Positions 35,100-44,468 of a DNA stretch of 64,000 nt are shown here, one piece after another. The notes beneath the pieces are model-generated. The model searched no databases and had not been told where the DNA came from. It worked only from the letters and a program-made list of their open reading frames with translations. This stretch comes from Rhizobiaceae bacterium. Its GTDB lineage: Bacteria > Pseudomonadota > Alphaproteobacteria > Rhizobiales > Rhizobiaceae. The stretch covers positions 777-64,776 of the forward strand of contig DAIPSP010000003.1 in the NCBI GenBank assembly GCA_036778475.1. The letters are read 5' to 3'. Every line of letters starts with the position of its first letter. Position 1 is the first letter of the stretch. The translations under genes and the position numbers were made by a program.

Positions 35100-35657
35100 A
35101 TGAAACGCCTGCTTGATATGATAGCCGCCGCTGCCGGGCTGGTCGTTGCACTGCCGGTGATCGTCGTCTTCTCAGTTCTGATCAGGAAGCAGTCTGGCGC
35201 CTCCGGGATATTCGCCCAGGATCGGGTCGGGAAAAACGAGAGAGTGTTCCGATGCTACAAGCTCCGAACCATGCGCCAGGATACGCCAGATCTGCCGACG
35301 CATATGGCCGGGAGCGCAAGCGTCACGCCGATCGGAAAATTTCTGCGTCGATATAAGGTGGACGAGCTTCCGCAATTGTGGAACGTCGTGAAAGGCGAGA
35401 TGAGCCTTGTCGGGCCTCGGCCTTGCCTGCTCAATCAAACCGAGTTGCGAGAGGAACGACGCTCGCGCGGGGTTTTCGACGTGCGGCCAGGCATAACCGG
35501 GCTGGCCCAGATCGAGGGCATCGACATGTCCGAACCCGCGCGGCTGGCAGAAAAAGACGCCGAATACGTGCAACGACAGACACTTGCGTCAGATCTTGCG
35601 ATCATCGTTCGCACGATTATCGGCGGCGAAGGGCGTGGCGATCGGGTCAGGCCGTAG
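35100..35657 (+). CDS. small bacterial sugar transferase (PglC/CapM/WbaP-C-terminal type polyprenyl-phosphate sugar-1-phosphate transferase)
   Basis: One N-terminal re-entrant helix ([25 protein letters not shown]), YKLRTM and [22 protein letters not shown] motifs. Confidence 0.9.
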   Translation: MKRLLDMIAAAAGLVVALPVIVVFSVLIRKQSGASGIFAQDRVGKNERVFRCYKLRTMRQDTPDLPTHMAGSASVTPIGKFLRRYKVDELPQLWNVVKGEMSLVGPRPCLLNQTELREERRSRGVFDVRPGITGLAQIEGIDMSEPARLAEKDAEYVQRQTLASDLAIIVRTIIGGEGRGDRVRP

Positions 35658-35800
35658 ATCAATTCGGCGACCACTTAAGCGCTCTGTCGGCCTGTCGCGG
35701 AAATGTGCGGCAACACAGAGACGGCTGTTTGGATCGAACGGTCTGCCCGGGAATACGACCTCAAGCATTCCCGTTGCCTGACCCTGTCAGCTGCGGCGGC

Positions 35801-37081
35801 TTACTTGACGTCGGCGTCATCCACCTGTTTGCGTTCGCCAGGCGGCCCTATGAGTTCGTTGCGCCAGGCAGTGAACAACTGATAGATCAGCAACCCCTTC
35901 CATACCGCAAAAACTGCAAGTGTCGTGCAGGCCGCCCCGACCGCTCCATATTTTGGAACGAGGACGAAATTGAGCGCGATGTTCACGAACGCCGCCGCGA
36001 TGGCAATGATCGAATAGACACGATGCTTGCCCTGCATCTGCGCGAAAAGAGCCAGCGGGCCTGTCGCCGTGTGAAAGAAATAAGCCATGGCGATGATGCG
36101 GATCGGCCAGAGCGCGTTGTTGGCCGCGTCGCCAAACACCAGCGTTGCGATTTGCGGGTAGATGATCAGCACAAGCGCCGGCACCAGCGCCAGGCCGCTC
36201 GCCATCAAACTGGCCTCCACCAACAGCTGGCGGCTCTTTGCGTGATCGCGCTCGATCCGGGCCGCCGAGAATCGTCCGCCATAGAGCGGCAGGATCAATG
36301 ACTGGCCGAGCATCAGCGTCGCGCCCAGCCTCACCCCCATGGCGTAGTGCGCCGTCTGTTCCGGCGTCGACAATGCCGACAACATGATGATGTCGCCACG
36401 GGAAATGATCACATTGCCAGCCTCCCCCGCGATCAGAGGCATCGTGTAGGCATTCCAGGCGCGGGTGACATAGCTTGGCCGGGCGGCCCGGACTTCATCC
36501 GGAACAGAGATCCACGCCCAGATCACCGAGAGGACACAGATCACCGCCGTTGCAATTGCATAGGCAAGGCATGCCTCCCAAAAGCCGCCTACAGTGAACA
36601 CCGCGAAAATAGCGATCGTTACGATCGGCAGGGCGACCTCATCTGGAAGGATTGAACTCAGCGGCATATGAAGTCCGCGAAACACCCCTTTCGACACCAT
36701 GATCACGGCCTGAAACGGCACTACGGCCAGACCTAGCCTGAATGCGGCAATCTGAGCCGGATCGCTGAATATCAATGGCGTCATCAGGTAGATCGGAATC
36801 GCCACCGCGACCGACAGAAGGATCGCCACCAGGTTCGCCTGGATCAGCGCTCCGCGAAATCTTTCCCAACGCTTGCGCAGGCCATACCGCGAGATCATCA
36901 AAACGATCCCGTGCATCCAGCCGCCGTTTGTCAGCGTGGCCAGGACCAGAAAACACGTCTGAAACAGAGCAAAATAGCCGTAGTCCTGCTCACCGATCTG
37001 GCGCACCAGAAGGCCATGCATGACAACGACGGCAAGCCCCCCGGCAACCTTGAATGCGGCCAGCCGGATGGCAGTTCGCAT
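35801..37081 (-). CDS. wzx: polysaccharide flippase (Wzx/MOP-superfamily-like)
   Basis: 426-aa protein that is hydrophobic throughout (about 12 predicted TM by eye), located in the glycan locus. Assigned by topology and context, not by a sharp motif. Confidence 0.7.
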   Translation of the reverse strand: MRTAIRLAAFKVAGGLAVVVMHGLLVRQIGEQDYGYFALFQTCFLVLATLTNGGWMHGIVLMISRYGLRKRWERFRGALIQANLVAILLSVAVAIPIYLMTPLIFSDPAQIAAFRLGLAVVPFQAVIMVSKGVFRGLHMPLSSILPDEVALPIVTIAIFAVFTVGGFWEACLAYAIATAVICVLSVIWAWISVPDEVRAARPSYVTRAWNAYTMPLIAGEAGNVIISRGDIIMLSALSTPEQTAHYAMGVRLGATLMLGQSLILPLYGGRFSAARIERDHAKSRQLLVEASLMASGLALVPALVLIIYPQIATLVFGDAANNALWPIRIIAMAYFFHTATGPLALFAQMQGKHRVYSIIAIAAAFVNIALNFVLVPKYGAVGAACTTLAVFAVWKGLLIYQLFTAWRNELIGPPGERKQVDDADVK

Positions 37082-37280
37082 CTCAAATCCTCTCGTCTAG
37101 GTTGGGCCAGCGATTGCACGCCGGCAAATCGACCGGCCCGCGGATGGTCAAGACGACCTGGGAAGGGCCGCCTTCTATCCGAAGCCATCGGATGCGTCGA
37201 CCCCGATGCAGCTTCCGCGGCCCGCCAGAATCTTCTTTTTCAGATTGTCATGCCGATCCGTCAAACGCTAATAACGCTTG

Positions 37281-38438
37281 ATGTATGACAGACACCTATC
37301 CCGAAGAAGCTTACTGGCGGGGGCGCTGGCGGTTCCGTTCCTGCGCGGCGCTGCGGTCGCTGGCGAGAACCTCGGCGCCATCATTGTCGGGTGCGGCAAT
37401 CGCGGCGCGCAACTCGCAACGATGATGGCGGCGATGAGCGAGCCGCCGGCGCCGGTTGCGTTCATCGACACGGTCGTCGGGAAAGCGGCAGCCTTGCGTG
37501 ACAGGATTTCGCCTTCCGCACCGGTCTATGCAAGCCTCGATGCGGCGTTTGACGCGGGCGTCTCCGCCCAGACGGCGATTGTCGCTACCTGGAACAGCGA
37601 ACATTTGCCTGTCATCGAGCCACTCCTTGCCAAGGGCTACCATGTCTTCTGCGAAAAGCCGATGACGGAGAGCCTCAGCGAAGCCAGGCGCATGGTCGAA
37701 CTGGACCGAAAGTATGGCGGAAGAATCCATATCGGGCTCGAGTTTCGCTACGCCCCGCTCTATCGACGAGTGAAAGAGATCATCGACAGCGGGCGGATAG
37801 GCGACGTGAAGTACATGGCGGCGGCCGAGTTGCGCGGCGACTGGTTCCGCTATTTTCCGGACGACGATGCGCGTGAGAACCAGACGAACTGGCGGTATTT
37901 TGAGAAAACGTGTGGCAACTCGATCCTCGAAAAACTGTGCCACGACTTCGACATCCTGACCTATGTCGGCGGCAAGACCCCGTCACGGGTCATCGCAAGC
38001 GGGGGCAAGGCAGTCTATACCAACCGGGAAACGGACGATCACGCGTCGATCATCCTGGAATACTCCGACGGAGCGGTAATGGATTGCTCGTTTTCGCTGT
38101 TTTCATCCGCCCCGCGCGACGAAACGATCATCATGGGAAGCCGCGGAACTCTGGCGTTCCGCCGTGTCGGGCAGGAGATTTCGGTCTGGAACAGCCTCAA
38201 ACCCAAAGGCAAGCCGGACGAGTTGATCTCGCTTGCCGTGAGCAAGCGCGACGTCGACAATCATTCCGGAACGATGGAAAGCCTGGTCGCGTTCTTTTCC
38301 GGTGTGCGTGACAGGGGGGCGATTTACCCCTCGCCCGAACAGGCCTGGATGACGACGGCCATCTGCTGCGCCGCGCATCATTCGGCTCGCAACCAGTCTG
38401 CACCGGTTGATCTCAGAGTTGAGCCCTATGTGATCTAA
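37281..38438 (+). CDS. Gfo/Idh/MocA family oxidoreductase with an N-terminal twin-arginine (Tat) signal
   Basis: MYDRHLSRRSLLAGALAVPFLRGAAVAGE (S-R-R-x-L-L, h-region, AVA|G) followed immediately by Rossmann GAIIVGCGNRGAQ and the family EKP motif (VFCEKPMTES). ORF-track start is TTG 37278; the ATG at 37281 is preferred. Confidence 0.8.
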   Translation: MYDRHLSRRSLLAGALAVPFLRGAAVAGENLGAIIVGCGNRGAQLATMMAAMSEPPAPVAFIDTVVGKAAALRDRISPSAPVYASLDAAFDAGVSAQTAIVATWNSEHLPVIEPLLAKGYHVFCEKPMTESLSEARRMVELDRKYGGRIHIGLEFRYAPLYRRVKEIIDSGRIGDVKYMAAAELRGDWFRYFPDDDARENQTNWRYFEKTCGNSILEKLCHDFDILTYVGGKTPSRVIASGGKAVYTNRETDDHASIILEYSDGAVMDCSFSLFSSAPRDETIIMGSRGTLAFRRVGQEISVWNSLKPKGKPDELISLAVSKRDVDNHSGTMESLVAFFSGVRDRGAIYPSPEQAWMTTAICCAAHHSARNQSAPVDLRVEPYVI

Positions 38439-38942
38439 TTTCGACCAGTATCTGTGATCTCCCCAACGCCAAACGCCCTTGATGGAGCGTTCGAGCCATG
38501 CCGGAGCCGAATGCCGATGTCCGGCCGGCCCCACTGAGCGGAGTCTGGATTGCGAACCCGTCTGATACTGGCGACACCGGCTCCGCTTGGACTCGTGGCA
38601 TCCCTGCAAGCACTCGGCAGTCCGACATATATGCGGCAGCCTGTGACACTGCCATGGCGTATCTCTGATCGAGAACACGGAGTCGGTCGCAGTCCTACGG
38701 CAATCTGCGCGCAATTCTGCGGCAATGTGCGTGCGCCATCCCGCGAGATTTCCGCAAACTGTGCAATCCGCACCAACTGGCGCACGATCAGAGGAAGCAA
38801 TTCGTGAATCACAACCTCCTTCTCAATGGTAGTGAATCAATTCAAAATTGGGCCCGGCACGTCCTGATTTCAGGCCGGGAAACGTGTATCTATTGTCGAT
38901 GCAACGCTGGCTCCCAAGCCTGACAGTTTCCGAGAGAAATCG

Positions 38943-39965
38943 TTGGCAGACCAAGTGACAGAAATCGTGATCGAAAGGAAGAATAAGAGTCGGCTTGAAA
39001 AGCCGCATAGTTTTGTCCTAGGCGCCCTTTTCAAGATATTCGTCGCAATAGGAACGTGGTATTTTTCTGTTGCCCTTCTGGAAGCATATGAATTCGGAGA
39101 TCAAGCTATATATCGCCGACTCTATGACCAACTTATCGGCGTAAAGATAGAAGATATCGGATACTATCAAGAATCCATTACAACAAGCGCCGACCCTGCA
39201 TTCGGCCTACTGATGTGGCTTGGTTCAAATTTTACTACATTAAGTCATACATATTTTATTTCTATATTTAACGTTCTTTTTGTTGTTTTGATAGTTGAAT
39301 ACCTAATAAGAAACCGAGCAACGCTTTCAATATCCCTCTTCTTGACCAACTATTACCTAATCGTGCTTTTGACCGGGGCGGAACGGTTGAAATTCGCGTA
39401 TATGGCAGCGATCGCCGCCGCTCTGACGGCAGGACGAATTCGATCGCTGATTTATCTGGCGATTTCTACCGCCTTCCACATCCAGATGCTCATCCTATAC
39501 GGCGCGTTTGCAACCGGGTGGCTGACAGCAGGAATGGGGGGCCTGGCGCGCAATGCGGAAGGCCAAGCAATTCGTAGATACTGGTTCGTATTCCTCTTGG
39601 CTGCAGCAGGAGCTGCTGCGATCATTTTCCGCTATGGTTCGCTAGTGGCATTCAAGATAAGCGCCTACTATGCAAATCTCGATCCCGCAGAAACCTTTGA
39701 TCTTGTTCTTGTACTAATTGTCGGTTTGGTGGCTCTAAGGTCCAAGGCGCGCTTTTTCGTCGAGATCGTTTTTTTGATGGCCGTCGCTATGGTGGTGGGA
39801 GACGAGCGGGTCTCGATGATCGGAATCACACTTCTGGCCTACAATGCCATCGAGCAGCGGAGGACGATGCATCCAGCCATAATTCTGATTCTTGGTTATT
39901 TCTCCTACAAATCAATAGCGTTTGTTCAACGCATATTTGATGTCGGAACTGGTTTTGGGACATAG
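38943..39965 (+). CDS. wzy: EpsG/Wzy-like polysaccharide polymerase (integral membrane)
   Basis: 340 aa with about 10 TM segments. Markedly AT-rich codon usage, as is typical of wzy genes. The first loop EAYEFGDQAIYRRLYDQL resembles the EpsG family. Start (TTG 38943) uncertain. Confidence 0.55.
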   Translation: MADQVTEIVIERKNKSRLEKPHSFVLGALFKIFVAIGTWYFSVALLEAYEFGDQAIYRRLYDQLIGVKIEDIGYYQESITTSADPAFGLLMWLGSNFTTLSHTYFISIFNVLFVVLIVEYLIRNRATLSISLFLTNYYLIVLLTGAERLKFAYMAAIAAALTAGRIRSLIYLAISTAFHIQMLILYGAFATGWLTAGMGGLARNAEGQAIRRYWFVFLLAAAGAAAIIFRYGSLVAFKISAYYANLDPAETFDLVLVLIVGLVALRSKARFFVEIVFLMAVAMVVGDERVSMIGITLLAYNAIEQRRTMHPAIILILGYFSYKSIAFVQRIFDVGTGFGT

Positions 39966-39973
39966 GAAAACTG

Positions 39974-40675
39974 TTGGCGAAAATTTGGCGTTATGCGGCA
40001 TTTTCGGCGCTGGCATCGGCGATGCTTGTGACAATCGGAGTTGGGGCACGCTACCAATACTCTGAAACAGTCGTTTGCGAGCCTGAAGGGACAGGGACGG
40101 CTCTGCAGATTTTTGCAGCCTTTGCCGGTTTCTATGTGACCAAAGACTGCGTTTTTGCAGAAATGAATGAAGGTGAAGCGCCATTCAAGCTCTTCGAAAA
40201 TGAATCCGGCACACCCATTGGCAAGTTTGAAAGCCGCATCAGTGTAAATCGGCAACATATCAGGGTATTTGGGCCGGGGCAGATTTTTACGGATTTGATG
40301 CCGGTGGACCTCGACGCCGACTATGTCATGGAAATTCGCGTCTCGGCCCCCAGGGTTAGCCCAACCATTGGAGAGGACCCAATCGGACCAGGATCGACCA
40401 AGTTCTTGGCCGGAATAGTGACGATTGATAAGGACGGAAATGTATTGACGTCGTCGCCAGGTCGACATCGCTACGGCTTGGGACTTCAGACTCTGGTCGC
40501 AAGCAACGGCCAGTGGCGGCTTTTTCGGTCAACGTTCTCAGGCGTTGGCAACGACAATTCTCAACAGTTCAGACCAGCAACCGCCTTCATTCGCGGTGTG
40601 ATTTTCGCCAATTTTGAGAGCGCGGAAAGTGCAATAATGGATATTGATTACATACGCATCTGGAAAAAGAGATAG
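39974..40675 (+). CDS. hypothetical signal-anchored protein, paralogue of the C-terminal domain of 30385..31269
   Basis: TTG start 9 nt after the wzy stop (AGGAAAA upstream). N-terminal anchor AAFSALASAMLVTIGVG. C-terminal motifs: PVDLDADYVMEIRV...DKDGN...PGRHRYG...SGVGNDNSQQFRPATAFIRGV. Confidence 0.6.
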   Translation: MAKIWRYAAFSALASAMLVTIGVGARYQYSETVVCEPEGTGTALQIFAAFAGFYVTKDCVFAEMNEGEAPFKLFENESGTPIGKFESRISVNRQHIRVFGPGQIFTDLMPVDLDADYVMEIRVSAPRVSPTIGEDPIGPGSTKFLAGIVTIDKDGNVLTSSPGRHRYGLGLQTLVASNGQWRLFRSTFSGVGNDNSQQFRPATAFIRGVIFANFESAESAIMDIDYIRIWKKR

Positions 40676-40811
40676 TGCCCGCCGGGAATTGAAGGCTCCG
40701 CATCGATGGCCATCCTTCTGCGAGGATCAACCATCTCCGCCGCGATCATGCTGTACTCATTTGCGATTGCGTTCGGGCATATCTTGCTTCTTTTGCGTGG
40801 AAAACGCGATG

Positions 40812-41774
40812 CTATGCGGACAGGAACCACCGCAAGGTCGCGTCCAGTCCGGCCTTGAGCGGCGTTCGCGCCTGCCAGCCCAACATTTTGCGGGCCTTCG
40901 ATGTGTCCGAGAAATTTCGCATCACATCTCCCGCCCTGCGTTCAGAATTGACGATTTCCGGCGCCTGCAAACCGGCAGAAATAAATGCTTGCGTCAGCGC
41001 CAGCGCCAGTTCGTTGACGGTCGTTTCCTTAGCTGTAGCGATCTGAAAAATCTCACCCGCGACACCATCCCGGGTGGCCGCGGCAAGCACCGCGTCGACC
41101 AAATCATCGATAAAAATGAAATCGCGTGTCTGCCCTCCGTCTCCGTAGATTTCCCATCTCTCACCTGTCATGGCCGCCTTGATGAACTTGGCGACCACGC
41201 TGGCCTTGTGCGTCGACAGCGGCCCGTAGACATTGCCGAAGCGCAGCGCGACGGTTTCCACACCAAAGCAGCGCCAATACGCGGAGCAATATCCTTCGCC
41301 GGCAAGCTTGGATGCGCCATAGGGCGACGCGGGCCTGGGCGCCATTTCCTCGTGGATCGGCGGTGGATTGTCACCGACCGGCGCACCCGAAGATGCAAAT
41401 ACGAAGCGCTTGACGCCCGCGTGACGGGCTGCTTCGAGGGCATTCAACGTGCCCATGACGTTGACACGGCAATCCATGTGCGGATCGGCTACGGACGGCG
41501 CGACACCGGTATTGGCCGCAAGATGCACAATGCAGTCGGCGCCGGTCGCGCCTTGCGCCAACCGATCCGCGTCGAGAATGTCACCCATGATGACAGCTAC
41601 GCGCCCGACGGCTTCGTGAGAAACGCCTGATGCGTACAAGGCCGAGAACAGGTCAACATCAGAACTGGTTGAGAAATTGTCGAAGACAACGATTTCGTTG
41701 TCGGGGTCTTTCAACAGCCGAATGCAAAGGTTGCGGCCAATGAACCCGCAGCCGCCCGTTACCAGATATTTCAC
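40812..41774 (-). CDS. NAD-dependent epimerase/dehydratase (extended SDR, UDP-hexose 4-epimerase-like)
   Basis: MKYLVTGGCGFIGRNL, SSGAPVG, SPYGASKLAGE (YxxxK). The start overlaps the upstream GT4 stop (ATGA). Confidence 0.85.
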   Translation of the reverse strand: MKYLVTGGCGFIGRNLCIRLLKDPDNEIVVFDNFSTSSDVDLFSALYASGVSHEAVGRVAVIMGDILDADRLAQGATGADCIVHLAANTGVAPSVADPHMDCRVNVMGTLNALEAARHAGVKRFVFASSGAPVGDNPPPIHEEMAPRPASPYGASKLAGEGYCSAYWRCFGVETVALRFGNVYGPLSTHKASVVAKFIKAAMTGERWEIYGDGGQTRDFIFIDDLVDAVLAAATRDGVAGEIFQIATAKETTVNELALALTQAFISAGLQAPEIVNSERRAGDVMRNFSDTSKARKMLGWQARTPLKAGLDATLRWFLSA

Positions 41775-42949
41775 GATACTTCCTTGCCCCTATGCTTGCC
41801 TGCCAAGCCGCGATATAATGTTTCGTGCTTTTGGGCGATACTGGACGTATCGAATATCTCGACAGCGACAGATCGACCGTTGCGCGACATTCGGCCGTGC
41901 AGTTCATCGTCGGTCAGAATCCTGATCGACGCCTCGGCCATCGCATCCGGGTCCTGACGCGGGACGACAGCACCGCATTCCTGATCCGGGCGCTGAAGCA
42001 TTTCGCGTACTCCGCCGACTTGGTACGCTACCACCGGGACCCCGCAGGACATGGCTTCCAAGACGGCGATCGGACAGGCCTCGGACGCAGAGGTCAGGAG
42101 CAGGAGATCAAACTCCCGGATCAGCGCCGCCGGCTCGGCAACAAAGCCACGAATATCCAGTTTGTCGCGCATCCCGAGATCGTCGGCCAGTTTCATCACA
42201 CCGTCGTAGTAATCCTTGTGATTGTCGAGATAACTGCCGATGATCACGCCCTGGACCGGCGCCGCAAGTCTGTCCGAAATATCTTTCAGCACTCGCACGA
42301 ATTGATCGTGTCCCTTGCCATGATTCCAGTTTGCGACAATTCCCACCTTGATCGTCGATCCTTGCTCACTCCCTGTATCCGGCGTGAATTTTGATGTATC
42401 GACGGGCGCAAACAGGACCTCGAACTGATCATCGGCCAAGCCGTGATGGCGCCCGACAGCAGAAGCGGCGGCGACCATCAAATCAGCGATGCGATATGCA
42501 ATTCCCCCCATGATACGCGCCAGGCGCGGTGGCAGACCCGTGTCGTTCAAGTGCCACATCACCGGAATTCCCGCCCACTTCGCCGCCAGCGCCGGTGCGA
42601 CCAGATAGATTCCGTTTACATGGACAACATCAGGTTTGCGTTGGGCAAACAGTCGGCCGAAGCGGCGAACATCGCCGGGAAATGAGGCAAACCAGTTCGT
42701 CAGTTCGCCGAGCTTTCTTGGATTCGGAATCTTCGCCTGCTGCAATTGTTCAGTTGCAACGCCACCGTCGGCAAATTGCTGGACTGCATTGCCGCCGGTG
42801 GCCGGCACAACCGCCGTGGTCTCGACCGCCTCCCGCTGCAGAAGCTGGCCGACAGTGAGCACTCGCCTTTGCGGTCCCCCAAAGCGTGCGTCATGCAGAC
42901 AATTCAGAACCGTGATTGGAGATTTTTCGTCGATCGCCATGCGCACCAA
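41771..42949 (-). CDS. GT4-family glycosyltransferase (GT-B)
   Basis: C-terminal EACPIAVLEAMSCGVPVVAYQVGGVREML is the GT4 E-x7-E region. The N-terminal half has the GT4 acceptor-domain pattern. Start at 42949 or at the ATG at 42940. Confidence 0.8.
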   Translation of the reverse strand: MVRMAIDEKSPITVLNCLHDARFGGPQRRVLTVGQLLQREAVETTAVVPATGGNAVQQFADGGVATEQLQQAKIPNPRKLGELTNWFASFPGDVRRFGRLFAQRKPDVVHVNGIYLVAPALAAKWAGIPVMWHLNDTGLPPRLARIMGGIAYRIADLMVAAASAVGRHHGLADDQFEVLFAPVDTSKFTPDTGSEQGSTIKVGIVANWNHGKGHDQFVRVLKDISDRLAAPVQGVIIGSYLDNHKDYYDGVMKLADDLGMRDKLDIRGFVAEPAALIREFDLLLLTSASEACPIAVLEAMSCGVPVVAYQVGGVREMLQRPDQECGAVVPRQDPDAMAEASIRILTDDELHGRMSRNGRSVAVEIFDTSSIAQKHETLYRGLAGKHRGKEVS

Positions 42950-43364
42950 CCAATACGTCTGGCCTTGATTGTCAGGACGTCACATCCCGGTCAACCCGGC
43001 AACTGCGGATAAACATGCGACCTGCAGTCGAGGTTGCGTGGCTCGTTGGAAATATCTGCGAATTTATCACATTCGAGAGAACTCGACGAGCGCGCCGGCG
43101 GGGCAATACGCTGCGCGTCCCAGCCCTGCCGGAGGGCCTATCTTCCACAAGGCGTCGGCCAACAAGGCACACGACAAAAGGAAGCCCGGATGCAGAGATT
43201 GTCGACACAACGGAGGGCAATTCGAAAACGATCAACTGCCTGTTTGACGGCTTGTCACCTGCGGCGCCGACGTCCTTGTTGTCCGGTTGCTTGTTTGTTG
43301 ACTAGTGCAGCGCTATTCACCATAGACATGCCAATTCAAATCAAACTCGGTATTGGCGCCTAGG

Positions 43365-44468
43365 ATGAGTATCTTTTCCGGACAATCAGTTCTTGTGACC
43401 GGCTCCTGCGGGACCGTCGGCAGTGAACTGGTGCGACAGTTGCTTGCGATGCCTGACGGCCCGAAAGAGGTCATTGGCCTCGACAACAATGAAAGCGAAC
43501 TGTTTTTCCAGGACCAACGGTATCTGTCGGATGGCCGCGCCCACTTCTTTCTGTGCGATCTTCGCGACCATGAGTCGCTCAACCGGCTCACGCGCGGCAT
43601 TGACGTCATATTTCATGCCGCAGCGCTCAAGCACGTCATCATGTGCGAGCGATCGCCGATGGACGCCGTCAATACGAATATCCTGGGCGTCCAAAATATT
43701 GTCTCCGCGGCCGAAGCAAACGGGGTCAAGAGAGTTATCTTCACGTCGTCAGACAAGGCGGTTAACCCGACTAATGTGATGGGCACATCGAAGCTGATGG
43801 GCGAACGCCTCATTACGGCCGCCAACTCGCGGTTACGCGATTCCCGCACCGTTTTTGCATCGACCCGCTTCGGCAATGTTCTCGGCTCGTCGGGATCGGT
43901 CCTGCCAATCTTCCGGCGCCAGATCGAAGCCGGTGGGCCGGTCACCCTCACCGACAGGAACATGACCCGCTTTGTCATGAGCGTCGAGCAATCGGTCGAA
44001 CTGGTGCTTTCGACAGCTGGCCTCGCGCGCGGCGGCGAAGTTTTCATCACAAAGATGGAGATACTCCGGATCGCCGATCTGGCGGAGGCCATGGTCGAAA
44101 TGCTGGCGGCTGACTATGGCCACCGGCCCGAAGACATCAAGATCGTCGAGATCGGCCCGAAGCCCGGTGAAAAACTCTATGAGGAACTGATGAGTGACGA
44201 AGAGTGCCGCCGCACTGTCGAGCTCGACCGGTTCTTCGTTGTCAAACCCGCGTTCTCGGGGGTTTTCTCCCAGATCGACTACAGTTATGGAGACATGGCT
44301 GAGAAGCCGGTCGACGCGCCATACGTATCGTCGACACGGCCGGCGATGAACAAGGAAGAAATCAAACACTTCCTCAAGACCGTCGCCGCCTTTGATTTGG
44401 ATGCAAAGCGTCCACCCTCCCCCGCGTCTCGCTACTGGCCTGGCGACAAAGAAGAGTACAAGAAATGA
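43365..44468 (+). CDS. short soluble CapD/PseB-like polysaccharide biosynthesis SDR (nucleotide-sugar 4,6-dehydratase/epimerase-like)
   Basis: SVLVTGSCGTVGSELVRQL, IFHAAALKHV, TSSDKAVNPTNVMGTSKLMGE, RFGNVLGSSGSVLPIF, MTRFVMS. The alternative TTG start is at 43353. Confidence 0.8.
   Translation: MSIFSGQSVLVTGSCGTVGSELVRQLLAMPDGPKEVIGLDNNESELFFQDQRYLSDGRAHFFLCDLRDHESLNRLTRGIDVIFHAAALKHVIMCERSPMDAVNTNILGVQNIVSAAEANGVKRVIFTSSDKAVNPTNVMGTSKLMGERLITAANSRLRDSRTVFASTRFGNVLGSSGSVLPIFRRQIEAGGPVTLTDRNMTRFVMSVEQSVELVLSTAGLARGGEVFITKMEILRIADLAEAMVEMLAADYGHRPEDIKIVEIGPKPGEKLYEELMSDEECRRTVELDRFFVVKPAFSGVFSQIDYSYGDMAEKPVDAPYVSSTRPAMNKEEIKHFLKTVAAFDLDAKRPPSPASRYWPGDKEEYKK

Noticed and set aside
38823-39008. 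61-aa minus-strand ORF overlapping the wzy-like start
   Set aside because: It is short, antisense to the polymerase N-terminus, and has no signal or motif.
42950-43364. Searched the divergent promoter region (and 52210..52458) for a JUMPstart/ops element (GGCGGTAG), typical of RfaH-controlled polysaccharide operons
   Set aside because: No match seen. The element is mainly enterobacterial, so its absence is uninformative.
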